From contig OY969763.1 in NCBI GenBank assembly GCA_963702845.1, forward strand, positions 3,520,001 to 3,584,000: DNA of 64,000 nt. Direction: 5' to 3'. The position numbers were made by a program, and so were the translations under genes. Position 1 is the stretch's first letter. Every line of letters starts with the position of its first letter. The notes below the pieces were generated by a model that searched no databases, was not told the origin of the DNA, and worked only from the letters and a program-made list of their open reading frames with translations. Source of the stretch: an uncultured Verrucomicrobiae bacterium (GTDB lineage Bacteria > Verrucomicrobiota > Verrucomicrobiia > Limisphaerales > Palsa-1400). This document shows positions 27,786 through 42,871 of this stretch, one piece after another.

Positions 27786-29507
27786 TTATTTTTGATACAC
27801 GATTTTGCCGTCGACGATTGTCATCGCGACTTTAGCGGTCGGGATGTCGTTCGGATTTATTTCGAAGATGTTTTTGTCGAGCATCACGAGGTCAGCGTAT
27901 TTGCCGGCGGTGATCGTGCCTTTTACTTTGTCCTGAAATTCAGCGTAGGCGGAACCGAGGGTGTAGGCGCGGACGGCTTCTTCGACGGAGATTTTTTGCT
28001 CGGGCACCCAACCGTTTGGATGTTTGTCATCGAGAGTGCGACGGGTGACGGCGGCGTAGATGGTGAGCATCGGGTCGAGAGGAGCGACGGTCCAATCGGT
28101 CCCGAACGCCAGGATCGCTTTGGAATCGAGCAACGATCGGAACGCGTAAGTGCCTTTGGCGCGTTCATCGCCAATGCGGCCGTCGCACCAACGGCCATCG
28201 TCGATCGCATGATAAGGCTGCATCGAGGCAACCACGCCCTGCTCCCCGAAACGCTTGATGTCACTCATGCGCAGGTGTTGCGCGTGTTCGATGCGGAAGC
28301 GGCGGTCATGCGGGCCGTTTTTCTCGGCGACTTTTTTATAAATTTCGAGGATCTCAAAATTCGCGCGATCGCCGATGGCGTGAATCATCACTTGCAGGCC
28401 AGCGGCATCGGCACCGAGAGCGCGTTGCAACATGACGCCTTCAGGGAACATTTGATCGCCGAGCAAGCCGGTGTTCTTCGGGTCGTCACTGAATGCATCA
28501 AACATGTAGGCAGTGGATGAACCGAGGCTACCGTCGGCAAAACCTTTGAGGCCGCCGACGCGAACCATGGGACTGCCGAAATTGGCGTGGATGCCCTTTT
28601 TGGCGAGCGATTCCCAGCGGGCAATCGGATTCATGCCGTAGATGCGGACCTTCAGTTCGCCGCGATCGGCCAGCGCCTGGTATAGGTCCGCGTCGTTGCC
28701 GGCGGACATATCCTGGACGCTCGTGACGCCGAATTTCGCGCACTGTTCACTGGCGGCGATTGCCGCAGCCATTTTGTCGGCAAAATCCGGTTGCGGCATC
28801 GCTTTCCAAATCGGATCCATGCTCGCGTCTTTAAGAATGCCGGTTGGCTCGCCCTTTTCGTCACGCACAATGAATCCGCCGTGGACGTTGGTGGTGTCTT
28901 TGGTGATGCCGGCGAGTTTCAGGGCGAGGCTGTTGCCAAGGCCCATGTGACCGTCGGTGCGACTGACGAACACGGGATTGTTCGGCGTAACCGCGTCGAT
29001 CATTTGTTTCGTGGGCAACGGTGTGCCGGGCCATTTTTCGTGGTCCCACTCACCGCCGGTGATCCATTTGCCGGGCGCGAGTTTTTTGGCAAATTCACCA
29101 ATGCGACGGGCGAATTCTTCTGGAGTGGTGGCGTCGCGCAGATTGACGTTGGAAAGGGCAAAACCGCCGTCGAGGAAATGGACGTGGGAATCGTTGAAGC
29201 CAGGCAGGACGAGTTTGCCATTGGCGTCGATGCGCTTGGTTTTCGGACCGGCGTGGCGCTGGACTTTTTCGAGTTCGCCAACGGAGACAATTCTACCACC
29301 GGTGATCGCCACGGCCGTTGCGCGCGGCATGTTTTTGGCCATGGTGCGGACGTCGGCGTTGAAAATCAAAAGATCGGCGGCGGCGGTGTCGCCAGCTTTG
29401 CGTCCGGCATCGTCAGGAAGTTTATCAGCGCCAAAACTCATAAGTCCGGCCATCATCCACAAAACCGTGCCAAAGGCAATGCCTCCAATAATTGCAGTGA
29501 GTTTCAT
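27786..29507 (-). CDS. Amidohydrolase_3 (YtcJ-like) metallo-hydrolase
   Basis: LPGFNDSHVH, KGFADGSLGS, HAIGDRAN, RIEHAQ, GKYADLV. Confidence 0.92.
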   Translation of the reverse strand: MKLTAIIGGIAFGTVLWMMAGLMSFGADKLPDDAGRKAGDTAAADLLIFNADVRTMAKNMPRATAVAITGGRIVSVGELEKVQRHAGPKTKRIDANGKLVLPGFNDSHVHFLDGGFALSNVNLRDATTPEEFARRIGEFAKKLAPGKWITGGEWDHEKWPGTPLPTKQMIDAVTPNNPVFVSRTDGHMGLGNSLALKLAGITKDTTNVHGGFIVRDEKGEPTGILKDASMDPIWKAMPQPDFADKMAAAIAASEQCAKFGVTSVQDMSAGNDADLYQALADRGELKVRIYGMNPIARWESLAKKGIHANFGSPMVRVGGLKGFADGSLGSSTAYMFDAFSDDPKNTGLLGDQMFPEGVMLQRALGADAAGLQVMIHAIGDRANFEILEIYKKVAEKNGPHDRRFRIEHAQHLRMSDIKRFGEQGVVASMQPYHAIDDGRWCDGRIGDERAKGTYAFRSLLDSKAILAFGTDWTVAPLDPMLTIYAAVTRRTLDDKHPNGWVPEQKISVEEAVRAYTLGSAYAEFQDKVKGTITAGKYADLVMLDKNIFEINPNDIPTAKVAMTIVDGKIVYQK

Positions 29508-29837
29508 ATTTTGAGGAATCCACGTTACGCAGAAAGGGTCGGGCATGTCACGGACGGAACCGCGTTGCGGTTCGGGAACGGTTTGTTTGAAGAGTCGACG
29601 CGCTCCGTCCGGTGCGAGCAGGTCGTTTTGGACCAACAGGCTGTATCGGCGTTGCGCGGTAGCTGGATCAACCGTTTTTGTTCATTTTTCTAATGGGACG
29701 ACGTGGAAGTCTTCCCTGCCGTCGCATTTTTAATTTTCATGGAGGCAGTGTAGCACCGTCACTTGGACAAAGGCTGTCCAAGTGAAAACTTTCCTGAAAT
29801 TAATCTGCAGCCAGTGATGTGGCTGGAGTGGAGTTAC

Positions 29838-30866
29838 TTACGGAAGAATGACGGCTTTTCCCTGGATCCGGCGGTCGCGTAAATCGGCGAAAGCCTGGAC
29901 GGTTTTATCGAGAGGGTAGGTTTGGTGAATGGCGGCTTTGATAATGCCTTTAGCGGCCCAGTCTAATGTGGCGCTAATGTCGTCGCGGTTTCGGCCGTAG
30001 CTGCCGACGAGTTTTTGTTCTTTGACGAAGAAAGACCAAAGTTTGAGGCAGGCTTCGCGGCCCGAAGATGCGCCGCAGGTAACGATCGTGCCGCCTCGCG
30101 CGAGGCAGTTGAACGCGCCGAGCAACACTTCGCCGCCAACATGTTCAACAACCACGTCGACTCCGCGTTTTTGCGTGATCTTTCGAACTTCGGCGGGCCA
30201 ATCTTCCGCCGTGATGTCGACGGTGTAATCGGCTCCGAGTTGTTTGGAAAAGTCGCGCTTCGCTTGGGTCGAGGCGGTGGCGATGACGTAGGCGCCGAGG
30301 TGCTTGGCAATTTGAATCGCGGCTGAACCAACGCCGCTCGCGCCGGCGATGACGAGCGCCCAATCGCCAACGCAAACCTGTGTTCGTTTGGTCAGCATGT
30401 GCATGGCGGTGCTACCGGCGAGCGTGAGTCCGGCTGAGGTCGCAAAATCAACGGTTTCCGGCAAACGCACCAGGGCGGCCGCGGGCGTGAGAACCTGCTC
30501 GGCAAAACCACCGTCGCGCTGCACGCCGAGAAGCTGGCCGTTCAAGCAAATCGATTCTTCACCTTGCAGACAAAACTCGCACTTGCCGCAAAAGATATTT
30601 GACTGCACGGCGACGCGATCTCCCACACGCCACTTACGAACGTTCGCGCCGAGCTTTAGAATTTCGCCGGAAATTTCGCCGCCGAGCGTGCGAGGGAGAG
30701 TGATGGGAACGGGCAGCTCAGCTTGTTCAACCCACAGGTCCAACCGATTCAGTCCACAGGCGCGCACTCTGACGACAACGTCGTCGGGGCCGGGAACTGG
30801 ATCCGGCAATTCGCGGAGTTCCATAATCCCCGGTGCGCCGTGTTTGATCAGTTGGACGGCTTTCAT
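29838..30866 (-). CDS. Zinc-binding alcohol dehydrogenase / quinone oxidoreductase (MDR)
   Basis: CGKCEFC...C structural Zn site, GGFAE, AGASGVG, GKAVI. Confidence 0.9.
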   Translation of the reverse strand: MKAVQLIKHGAPGIMELRELPDPVPGPDDVVVRVRACGLNRLDLWVEQAELPVPITLPRTLGGEISGEILKLGANVRKWRVGDRVAVQSNIFCGKCEFCLQGEESICLNGQLLGVQRDGGFAEQVLTPAAALVRLPETVDFATSAGLTLAGSTAMHMLTKRTQVCVGDWALVIAGASGVGSAAIQIAKHLGAYVIATASTQAKRDFSKQLGADYTVDITAEDWPAEVRKITQKRGVDVVVEHVGGEVLLGAFNCLARGGTIVTCGASSGREACLKLWSFFVKEQKLVGSYGRNRDDISATLDWAAKGIIKAAIHQTYPLDKTVQAFADLRDRRIQGKAVILP

Positions 30867-30898
30867 GTTCCATTGTGCGGACGTGACCGTCCGCGCTC

Positions 30899-31657
30899 CT
30901 ATTTACCGTAACCCTTCTCTGCCTGGCCGCGCTTGTCCAGTTTATCGCACGACCAGAGCAAGCCGCGCGCAATCAATCCAAGATAATCGGAATTCTCCGC
31001 CGTTTTCATGTCGTGCCCGAGGGTCGTCGCGAAGACGCGGCCTTTGCCGTAGGTGTGGGTCCAGCAAACAATGTGTTCGCGTCCATCTTGCGGACTGCGC
31101 GCGCGCAGCAAGGCATCGGACGTTTTCGGAAATTCGATCGTTTGATAAAGTTCGTCACCAGGCGTCTGCCAATTGTCCGGGAATCCGACCAAAATCGGGC
31201 TGCGCTTATCGACCTTCACGGTTGCGAAGGGGCCATATTTATCATGGACCTTCGAACGCATGCCGACGCCATTTTCCCATTCGCGGATGTTCGGGTCGCG
31301 TCGGAAGGCGTGGACCGCGCAATGAATCATGACAGCCGGTTTGCCGTCGTGAATCGCTTTGAGCGCGTTATCGATCAAGGCGGCGTCGACTTCATCGAAG
31401 CAGACGTCGAAGACCAACACGTCGTAAGATTTTGCAAAACCCGGGTCGCGCAATTTTTCCATGTCCCAAATGGTGTCGAACTGGACATTGACGCGTTCGC
31501 CAAAGGTGTTGAGCAAATGTGGTGCGAGTTTTTTGTAATCGTGATAACCGCCGCCGATGAGAAAGAGAGCGTGAATCGGCGGGGTCTCGGCGGCGACGCA
31601 CGCGGATGCGAAGAGGAAACTGGCAAACAGGAGAGTCAGGCGAGCAAGTGATTTCAT
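30899..31657 (-). CDS. ThuA-domain protein
   Basis: GGGYHDY, IHCAVHAF, DELY, WTHTYGKGRVFATTLGH. Confidence 0.88.
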   Translation of the reverse strand: MKSLARLTLLFASFLFASACVAAETPPIHALFLIGGGYHDYKKLAPHLLNTFGERVNVQFDTIWDMEKLRDPGFAKSYDVLVFDVCFDEVDAALIDNALKAIHDGKPAVMIHCAVHAFRRDPNIREWENGVGMRSKVHDKYGPFATVKVDKRSPILVGFPDNWQTPGDELYQTIEFPKTSDALLRARSPQDGREHIVCWTHTYGKGRVFATTLGHDMKTAENSDYLGLIARGLLWSCDKLDKRGQAEKGYGK

Positions 31658-31725
31658 GCTGTGCTAATAACAACCATCCGTGGGCGGGGCCAGAAAATTC
31701 CCATGCGCATGGGGATTTAAATCTA

Positions 31726-31790
31726 TTTTTCGGCGGCGCGGCGGAACACGGTTGGTTAGTCTTTGGCGTTAATCGCCGCGCCGCCGAAAA
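31726..31790. repeat. Inverted repeat (18-bp arms)
   Basis: tttttcggcggcgcggcg ... cgccgcgccgccgaaaaa. Confidence 0.85.
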
Positions 31791-31901
31791 ACAAAATTGG
31801 GGTTTGGTGATTGGCGCAGCTATAGACATGTCACTCCTACATAGTTTGGATTATTGGAGCTTCGCTGGAGGTTGGATTTTGAAGTTTGAAACTCCTCTGC
31901 A

Positions 31902-31923
31902 CATATCTACGTATCACGATATG
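31902..31923. promoter_or_regulatory. Candidate operator upstream of metH (SahR/ArsR-like ATATC-N10-GATAT)
   Basis: catatc-tacgtatcac-gatatg, about 50 bp upstream of the metH start. Confidence 0.35.
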
Positions 31924-31972
31924 TTGATTTTTCCTATTGCCCCATTATCTTTAGCTCTTTAGACTACGAAAA

Positions 31973-35800
<3,828 letters not shown>

Positions 35801-35886
35801 TTGCCGCAACCGGCGAACGGGCGTTGGCTTAACGAAATTTAACGTTGGCAGTTTTCGAAGTCTGCTACCTATTGTGAAGTGGGCCA

Positions 35887-37401
35887 ATGAAAATGCGAGC
35901 AGATGCCATCGAACCAACCGGGGAGGCGCTTCAACGCGACCGCTCGCCCGTGTTCCCGGCCGAGATCATTTGGACCACTGACCCGTCGGGGAATCTGGAT
36001 GAGGACTGCCCCTCGTGGCGCGAATTAACGGGACAAACTTTCGATCAAATGCACGGAATGGGGTGGCTCGTAGCGGTTCATAAGGATGATCGCCAGAGCA
36101 TTTTGGAGACGTGGGATCAAGCCGCCGAGAACGGCGTGGTTATGGAGGCAGATTTTCGTGTGCTCCGCGCCGATGGTGAATGGCGACACCTGACAACGCG
36201 TGGCGTCCCGGTGCGAGAACATGGAGAAATTGTAAGGTGGGTCGGATTCTCCCGCGACGTGACAGAGACCGTTAACTATGTCGACCTGTTGGTACACGAG
36301 CGCGATTTTACAAACGAAGTCATTGAGTCGCTCCCCGGCATTTTCTACCTGACCGACGAAGCAGGGAATATGTTGCGATGGAACCGAAACGTGGAAATCG
36401 TTTCCGGATTTTCTCACGAAGAAATCGAGGGAAAACGCGGATACGATTTTGTTCATCCAAACGATCGTGCGGAAGTTGTGGCCACGCGCAAAAAGGTGAT
36501 CGAACACGGGATGTTTCAGGAACTTGAAGCGGACTTCGTCACCAATTCAGGAAAGCACATTCCGTTCTACATGAACGGCCGACGCGTATCCTTTCATGGG
36601 CTGACCTGCATGATGGGTCTCGGCATGGATATTTCCGAATTAAAAGAAGCCGAACACGAACTTCGCGAGGTCAACGCTATTCTGGAAGAACGGGTGAGAG
36701 AAAGAACCCACCAACTTGCACAGACGAACAAAGAGCTCGAGGCGTTTGCGTATACAGTCTCGCACGATTTGCAGTCGCCATTGCGCGGCATCCGCGGTTT
36801 CGCTGAGGCAGTAGAGGCTGATTACGGTGACCGGCTGGACGAGGATGGCAAAGAGTTGTTGCACAGAATTCTCGAATCTGGAAAGCGCATGTCGCGATTG
36901 ATTGACGATGTCTTGCGCTATTCGCGGATGGGACATACCGCGATCAAAATGGTGGGAGTGCCGACGCTCCAGTTGATCAAATACGTCACAACCGACTTGG
37001 ACTTGCGGCTGAAGCAAATCGGCGCCCAAATTGAAATTGCTTCTGACCTCCCCGCCGTTAAGGGAGATCCAACTTTGTTGGCGCAGGTTTTTTCAAACCT
37101 GTTGGAGAATTCGATCAATTACCGTCGGAAAGAAGTGCCGCTGGTAATAAAGGTCACTGGCGAACGAGAACAACATGAAGCGTTCATTGCCGTTTCTGAC
37201 AACGGTATCGGGATTGCTCCCGATGATTACGAAAGAGTTTTTGAGCCATTCCAGCGTTTGGAAAACAACGGATGCAAGGGCAGCGGGCTCGGTTTAGCGA
37301 CGGTGAAAAAAGCGGTCGAAACGATGGGCGGAAAAGTGTGGGTTCAATCGGAAGTTGGCAAGGAAACGACCTTCTATATTCGGCTTAAAGCCGCGGGTTG
37401 A
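35887..37401 (+). CDS. PAS-PAS sensor histidine kinase
   Basis: Two PAS domains, FAYTVSHDLQSPLR H-box, NLLENS, DNGIGI, GSGLGL. Confidence 0.93.
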   Translation: MKMRADAIEPTGEALQRDRSPVFPAEIIWTTDPSGNLDEDCPSWRELTGQTFDQMHGMGWLVAVHKDDRQSILETWDQAAENGVVMEADFRVLRADGEWRHLTTRGVPVREHGEIVRWVGFSRDVTETVNYVDLLVHERDFTNEVIESLPGIFYLTDEAGNMLRWNRNVEIVSGFSHEEIEGKRGYDFVHPNDRAEVVATRKKVIEHGMFQELEADFVTNSGKHIPFYMNGRRVSFHGLTCMMGLGMDISELKEAEHELREVNAILEERVRERTHQLAQTNKELEAFAYTVSHDLQSPLRGIRGFAEAVEADYGDRLDEDGKELLHRILESGKRMSRLIDDVLRYSRMGHTAIKMVGVPTLQLIKYVTTDLDLRLKQIGAQIEIASDLPAVKGDPTLLAQVFSNLLENSINYRRKEVPLVIKVTGEREQHEAFIAVSDNGIGIAPDDYERVFEPFQRLENNGCKGSGLGLATVKKAVETMGGKVWVQSEVGKETTFYIRLKAAG

Positions 37402-37412
37402 CCGATTCACAC

Positions 37413-38267
37413 CTATGGCGCTGTAGCGGCCGGTACTGGCCGGGCTGCATTAGCCTGAGATGTTGGGTGTTTCACTTCGTTCGTCAACGCCAGTAGAATC
37501 AATGCGCCGGCGACAATGCGATACCAGCCGAAGCCGGAAAAGGAATGTGTCTGCACATACCGCAAGAGCCATTTCACGGCGATAAATGAAACGATCGCGG
37601 CAATCACAGTCGTTAGTGCCAGCATGGTCCAGTTTTCTGGCGGAGCAGTCAGGTCGGGATGGTGAACTGCTTTGAAGATTTTCAATGCGCCTGCGGCGAG
37701 CATCGTCGGGATACCGACTAGAAATGAGAATTCTGTCGCAAACGGACGGCTCAACCCCAGCACCAACGCAATGAGGATGGTCGCTCCGGAGCGCGATGTG
37801 CCGGGAAATGCCGCCGCAAGTAATTGAGCGAGGCCAACGGCAATGGCGATTGTCCACGTCACCGAGTCGGAGGTCGATTTTTCCTTAAGCCACGCTTCAA
37901 CGGCGATGAACAGCAAGCCGCCGATAATAAGCGCAATGGCGACCGGCTTTAATTGTTCGGGTAATTTGAAATGAAATTTTTCCATCAGAAAGCCCCCCGC
38001 ACACGTGATCACAAACGCGAGAAGAATTTTCAGAACGAAATCGCGCGTTTCAGGCTGACGCCAGTTGTGGAGGATTTTTTGAAACCGCCCCCAGAAGAGC
38101 GGGATGACTGCGACGACCGCACCGCATTGAATGACGATGTTGAAGAGGTCACTCTGGCGCGGGATCCATTTCTCGGAAATTAAGAGATGTCCGGTGGATG
38201 AAACCGGGATGAACTCAGTGACGCCTTCAATAACGCCAAGCAGCAGCGCGATCAGCCAGAAACTCAT
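37413..38267 (-). CDS. uppP: Undecaprenyl-diphosphate phosphatase
   Basis: EGVTEFIPVSSTGH, PGTSRSGAT, EFSF. Confidence 0.95.
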   Translation of the reverse strand: MSFWLIALLLGVIEGVTEFIPVSSTGHLLISEKWIPRQSDLFNIVIQCGAVVAVIPLFWGRFQKILHNWRQPETRDFVLKILLAFVITCAGGFLMEKFHFKLPEQLKPVAIALIIGGLLFIAVEAWLKEKSTSDSVTWTIAIAVGLAQLLAAAFPGTSRSGATILIALVLGLSRPFATEFSFLVGIPTMLAAGALKIFKAVHHPDLTAPPENWTMLALTTVIAAIVSFIAVKWLLRYVQTHSFSGFGWYRIVAGALILLALTNEVKHPTSQANAARPVPAATAP

Positions 38268-38299
38268 CCCGTGATTATGCCCAATGCTTCAGCGTGACG

Positions 38300-38704
38300 C
38301 TATTGTTTTCCAAATCCAAAAAATCCCCCGCCCTTGCCGGTGTCGCGCTGTTTAACCTTGAGCTGGCCGAGAATGGACTGGCCGGCGATGTAGATTTTGT
38401 GCCATTGGCTTTCGATGCCGCGCAGGGTGCCATCGTTGAATTCGCTTAGTGCGCGCAAGTGAGGGCGCGGTCGAAATCATGGCGTGGACGTCGTCGCGGG
38501 TCATCGTTTCGCTCTGGACGAGTGGCGAAATCAGTTCCAGTTGTTGGATCAGCACCGATTTAATTTCGAGAAATTGTGTTTCCTCTTCGGCGTTAAATTT
38601 TTTGTCGCGCGCGCGTGATAAGGAACTGGTTGAATTGCTTCAGGCATTCCAAATAATTTTCCACCTGCGCAATCAGCTCTTCGATATTTTTATTTTTTTT
38701 GCAT
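38300..38704 (-). CDS. Helical hypothetical protein of the Mgl locus (frameshifted)
   Basis: Reconstructable across indels: ...FNAEEETQFLEIKSVLIQQLELI...ESQWHKIYI...LGQLKVKQRDTGKGGGFFGFGKQ*. Confidence 0.5.
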
Positions 38705-38708
38705 AGTA

Positions 38709-39010
38709 TTAGTTTGTTAGCGCAACGGGTGACTGCGCGGTTTTTGGCGCCAGAAAAATAATTGCTCCACCTCGCAGTTCGCGGGCGGTGATTTTCAGTG
38801 CGCCGTAGTGAACGATTAGCTCAGACAATTGCAACTGCGCCTGTTGCGCGTCCCGGAAAATCGCAACGATGTTGTGCCCTATATCATGCAAGTGCGTCGC
38901 GGGGAACCACGTGGGGACCGTCGAACTGACGAGGTTACCCTTTCCATCCAAGGTAAAACTGCCGCTCGGAATTTCGATTCAATTCCGGCGCAGACGATTT
39001 AAAAAATTTA
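38709..39010 (-). CDS. Small roadblock-like hypothetical protein (5' end frameshifted)
   Basis: IPSGSFTLDGKGNLVSSTVP...LKITARELRGGAIIFL; fold inferred from the sequence pattern. Confidence 0.5.
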
Positions 39011-39011
39011 T

Positions 39012-40104
39012 TTAAGAGACCCATTTTGTGAAGACTTGTTTAGTGGTTTGAAGCACTTGTTCCGCGTTCATATCGCGACGGAACCCAATGCATAACGTCC
39101 CTTTTTCGTGGTCGCTCAAGATCACATGCCGTTGCAGCCCGTTACCCTGGACGTGGCCGAGGGGCCGGCCTGCACCAAATTGCCGATGCCTTTCAAGCGT
39201 TCGCGCGTCTGTTTGGCCCAACCGAGCATGACTTCAGGATTTTCGACGCCCCATGCGCGCGGCGCCTGGCCGTCGTTGGCGCGCTTCCAAAACAAATTCA
39301 ACTCCCTCGAATTTCGCCAGCTTGGCCAGAGGTGAGCCGGTACCTTCTCGATTTCCGTATCGCTCTTGCGTTGAAAAATCGTGTGCGATTCATCCATCGC
39401 CTGCGCCGAATCCAGCAGCAAACCATGATAGGAAGAATGAATTGTGCGCGGTCGATTCGGTTCCGCTGGTAAAATTTCAAATGATCCTGTCTTCCAGTGA
39501 CATGATTTCTTTGAAGGCATTTTCGCCGCCAGTGAGCCGGTTTCGGCATCAATGACTCTCGCCGCCCTGGAACCAGATTTTCCCGTTAAGTGCCTCATGG
39601 ATGATGCGCAATACGGAAGAACTCTGTGACAAACATTCCAATTGAATGATGTCCATCAGACTCTTGCTCTGCACACCACGAAAACCGCCGGCTTCTTTTT
39701 CGCGCCCGAGCAAAGACTCAATGCAAGCTTCAAAACCCTGGGCTTCTTCTTTAGTGGTGGGTTTTTGGCAAAATAGATCGACGCCCATCGGAGTAAGCGC
39801 CGAGACCGATAGGCTTCGTCGTTACGCCAGTTAAAACAACGAGTCGCAAACTGTGGAAATTTTCTGCGAACGATGGCCAGGACCTGGAGTCCATCCATCT
39901 TCGGCATTCTCAAATCTGTGACAAGGAGGTCAAAAGATTCTGATTCGAGGAGAGCCAGATCGCGTGGGCGCCGGTGCTGGAAGCATGGACCTCTGGGCGG
40001 CTCGGCAAATTAGTAAGCCACTCGCGATACATATCCAGCAATTCTTGCTGGTCATCGACCACAAGAATCTTATCGGCGGGTTGGCGCAACCTTCGTGCAA
40101 CCAC
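39012..40104 (-). CDS. Response regulator: REC + DUF4388 + C-terminal domain (frameshifted)
   Basis: KILVVDD, RMPKMDGL, QKP, GFRGVQSKSLMDIIQLECL, GKIWFQGGE, WKTGSFEILP, GLLLDSAQAMDE in successive frames. Confidence 0.75.
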
Positions 40105-40262
40105 TCAATTCAGTTTGTTCTAATGTTTGCACAAGACGTTCTCGTTTTTGAGTTCTTTAACAGAATAACTGTAAAGCAATTCCGATGCCTGACTTTGGAA
40201 GGCTTTTTTAATGTCAAATAGTTGGCCTGCGACCTGCTATTGAAACGATTCGCAATCTTATT

Positions 40263-42218
40263 ATGCACGCATTAAAAGCTTTATGGCCCGGTAGCACGAT
40301 TAAACGGTGGCTTGGTTCTAATCGAACGAAGCTAAGCCGTCACCCGTTCCGCCCTGTGTCTGTTAGATCGCAATCACCTGTCGCAAGTTCAACTCCGACT
40401 GCAGAGGCCCATCCCGCCACACCTGCGCCTATGAATACAGAAGCGCACCGCTATCGGCGGAAGACCACCTCTTGCGTTTGCCTTTCAAACCAATATTTCG
40501 ACCGGTTGTCACCTGCGCTCCAGGCTTTGGCCAGCGCCGAGCAGGTTGTCAACGGCCAGGAAATCGCGTTGCAGGTTGATAATATTCTCACGCAGTTACC
40601 TGGCGGCGTGGTTCGTATTTCTTTCGGCGAATTGCGCAATGCCGCGCCGGCAGGAATTTTTGCGGAGCAAAATTCGCATGATTATACATTGATCGATGTG
40701 CCGCTCTCGGAAATTCTCGCCCGCATAAATCCAGATATGCTTTCCCTCCGCGCGGATCGTAAACGCGTTGATGTGCCGGAGGAAGTTTCCGGCGTTTTTG
40801 GAAAGAATGGCAACTGGCACGGCGGTTGTCGTGCCGCGCTCAAGCAATTCGAACCAGCTAAACGCGATACAGAGCCGGCGGCGGCTGCTCCTGCATCGAT
40901 CAGACCCGCTACAAGTTCCGGCAATACTCGACGGCGCGCGCGCGTGTCGCCATACCTCCTGCACCTCCAGGCGGTGACATGATTCAATTTACGCGCCCTG
41001 CAGCGCCCGTTACTCCCGAACCCAGCGCAATTCCAATGCCGCCAAAGGTTCACAACAGATCGGTCGCACCCGTTTCGCCTGTGGTCGAACCTGCAGCGCC
41101 GATCATCATGCCCGCGATAGCCGGGCAAGAATCTCCCTCGATCGCAATGCCAACCGCTGCACAACCAGCGGCTGTGCCGGCAGCGCCTGCCAAGCCTGAA
41201 CCGCAATCGGGACCTGTTTTGATTCCGCTCGCGACGTTGAGTGAAAATTGGCCGACAGCGATCAAAGCTGAACTTGAGCAAACTCGTCCTGCTGGTGTTT
41301 CAGTCGCCATTCCGCTCTCGCGCCTCGAAGGGCCGATGAAGACTGGCAAGCTGATGTTCCGCTGGAGCGAACTGCGCCAATGGATCAAGCCCAATCCCCT
41401 GCTCGGCACGTCCGCTCAAGGCGACGTCGAAATTCAGTTGGCCCTCAATGTCATCGCACCACTTTTCTTCGCGCATCCGACACGCAATAATGTCGCGAAG
41501 AAAAAAGCCGAAATCGACCAAGACATCCCGGACGTTTTCGGCTCAACTTCCGCGGCCAATGCGATCCGAGAACTCGCATCGGTGCCTCTCGTCAAACCGA
41601 ACGCACCTGTTGCGCCCGGCACACCAACCGCACCGACCGCTCCCATCCCGATGGCGCCTGTGCTGCCAGCTGTTGCTGCTCAAGGCGGCTCCGCAACGAA
41701 TCTGCAGATGCGCATGGCGCAACCGTTGTAACGGCAACGGAGCGGTCGCCGCTGCTCTCGCATGCCGGAAATGGCAGAGACGCCGTACACTCTTCGCGAA
41801 GAAACCGGCGACCAATGGCAACGGCGCTCAATCCTGAAGGCGCCCACTCGGAGAGATTCCCAAAAATCGATTGGACGCCCGACCAGGTTGTCAAAATCAC
41901 TTGTGCGACACCTGGAGTCGCCGGCGCAATGATTACCGCTGAAGACGGTTTGATGATCGCGACCCAACTCCCGGCTCAATTTAAATCAGGAATACTTGAG
42001 TGCTTTCGTCCCACAAATTTTTGGACGCGCCAAACAATCCGCCGCGTGAACTTCGGATTGCCCGCGCTCAGTTCGGAGTGCGTTTGGGACTCGGCGAGCA
42101 ACAGTGTGAAATATTTAAAACAGGAAAACTCTACTACGTCATCATCGGCAAACCTGGGGAGGAATTACCAACACCGTTCCTCCGCAAAATCGCTGCCGAA
42201 CTTACCAAGAGAAATTAA
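40263..42218 (+). CDS. Pro/Ala-rich protein with C-terminal roadblock/LC7 domain (frameshifted)
   Basis: Successive frames 40263-40982, 40979-41731 and 41815-42218; PGVAGAMITAEDGLMIATQLP and IFKTGKLYYVIIGKPGEELP. Confidence 0.6.
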
Positions 42219-42220
42219 TT

Positions 42221-42868
42221 ATGGCCCTCATCAATCAAGCTACAAAGGAACTGCAGCTCAAGATCGTTTACTACGGTCCCGGCAAGGGCGGCAAAACGAC
42301 GAACCTCGAACAGGTTCACGCCAACGTGCAAAACGTGCAGGATAAAGGAAAGCTGGTCTCGCTCGCCACGAGCTCGGACCGCACGCTCTTCTTTGACTTC
42401 CTGCCCATCCAGGCGGTGGCGATCAAAGGTTTTAAGACCAAGTTCCAGCTCTACACCGTGCCCGGCCAGGTCATTTATAACACCACGCGCCAGCTCGTGT
42501 TGCGCGGAGTCGATGGCGTCATTTTCGTCGCCGATTCGCAATACGACAAAATGGCGGAGAACGTCGAAAGTTTTCAAAACCTTCAGGACAACCTGAGGAC
42601 CTTGAAAATGAATTTCGGCGATATCCCCTACGTGCTGCAGTACAACAAGCGAGACCTCGCTAATGTCGCGCCTGTCGAATACATGGAATATCTGCTTAAC
42701 AACCGCGAAGTTCAGGTGCCTGCTTTCGAGGCCGTGGCGTCGCGTTGTGAAGGCGTTTTTGAGTCACTCAACATGATCACGCGCATGTTGTTGAATAAAT
42801 ACATTAACCAAAGTCCGGCGGCCGCGAAAAATGCCGTCGCAACTACTCAGGCCGCTGTGCCTGCATAA
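42221..42868 (+). CDS. mglA: MglA-family small GTPase
   Basis: KIVYYGPGKGGKTTNL, DRTLFFDFLP, YTVPGQV, GVDGVIFVADS, QYNKRD. Confidence 0.93.
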   Translation: MALINQATKELQLKIVYYGPGKGGKTTNLEQVHANVQNVQDKGKLVSLATSSDRTLFFDFLPIQAVAIKGFKTKFQLYTVPGQVIYNTTRQLVLRGVDGVIFVADSQYDKMAENVESFQNLQDNLRTLKMNFGDIPYVLQYNKRDLANVAPVEYMEYLLNNREVQVPAFEAVASRCEGVFESLNMITRMLLNKYINQSPAAAKNAVATTQAAVPA

Positions 42869-42871
42869 TAT

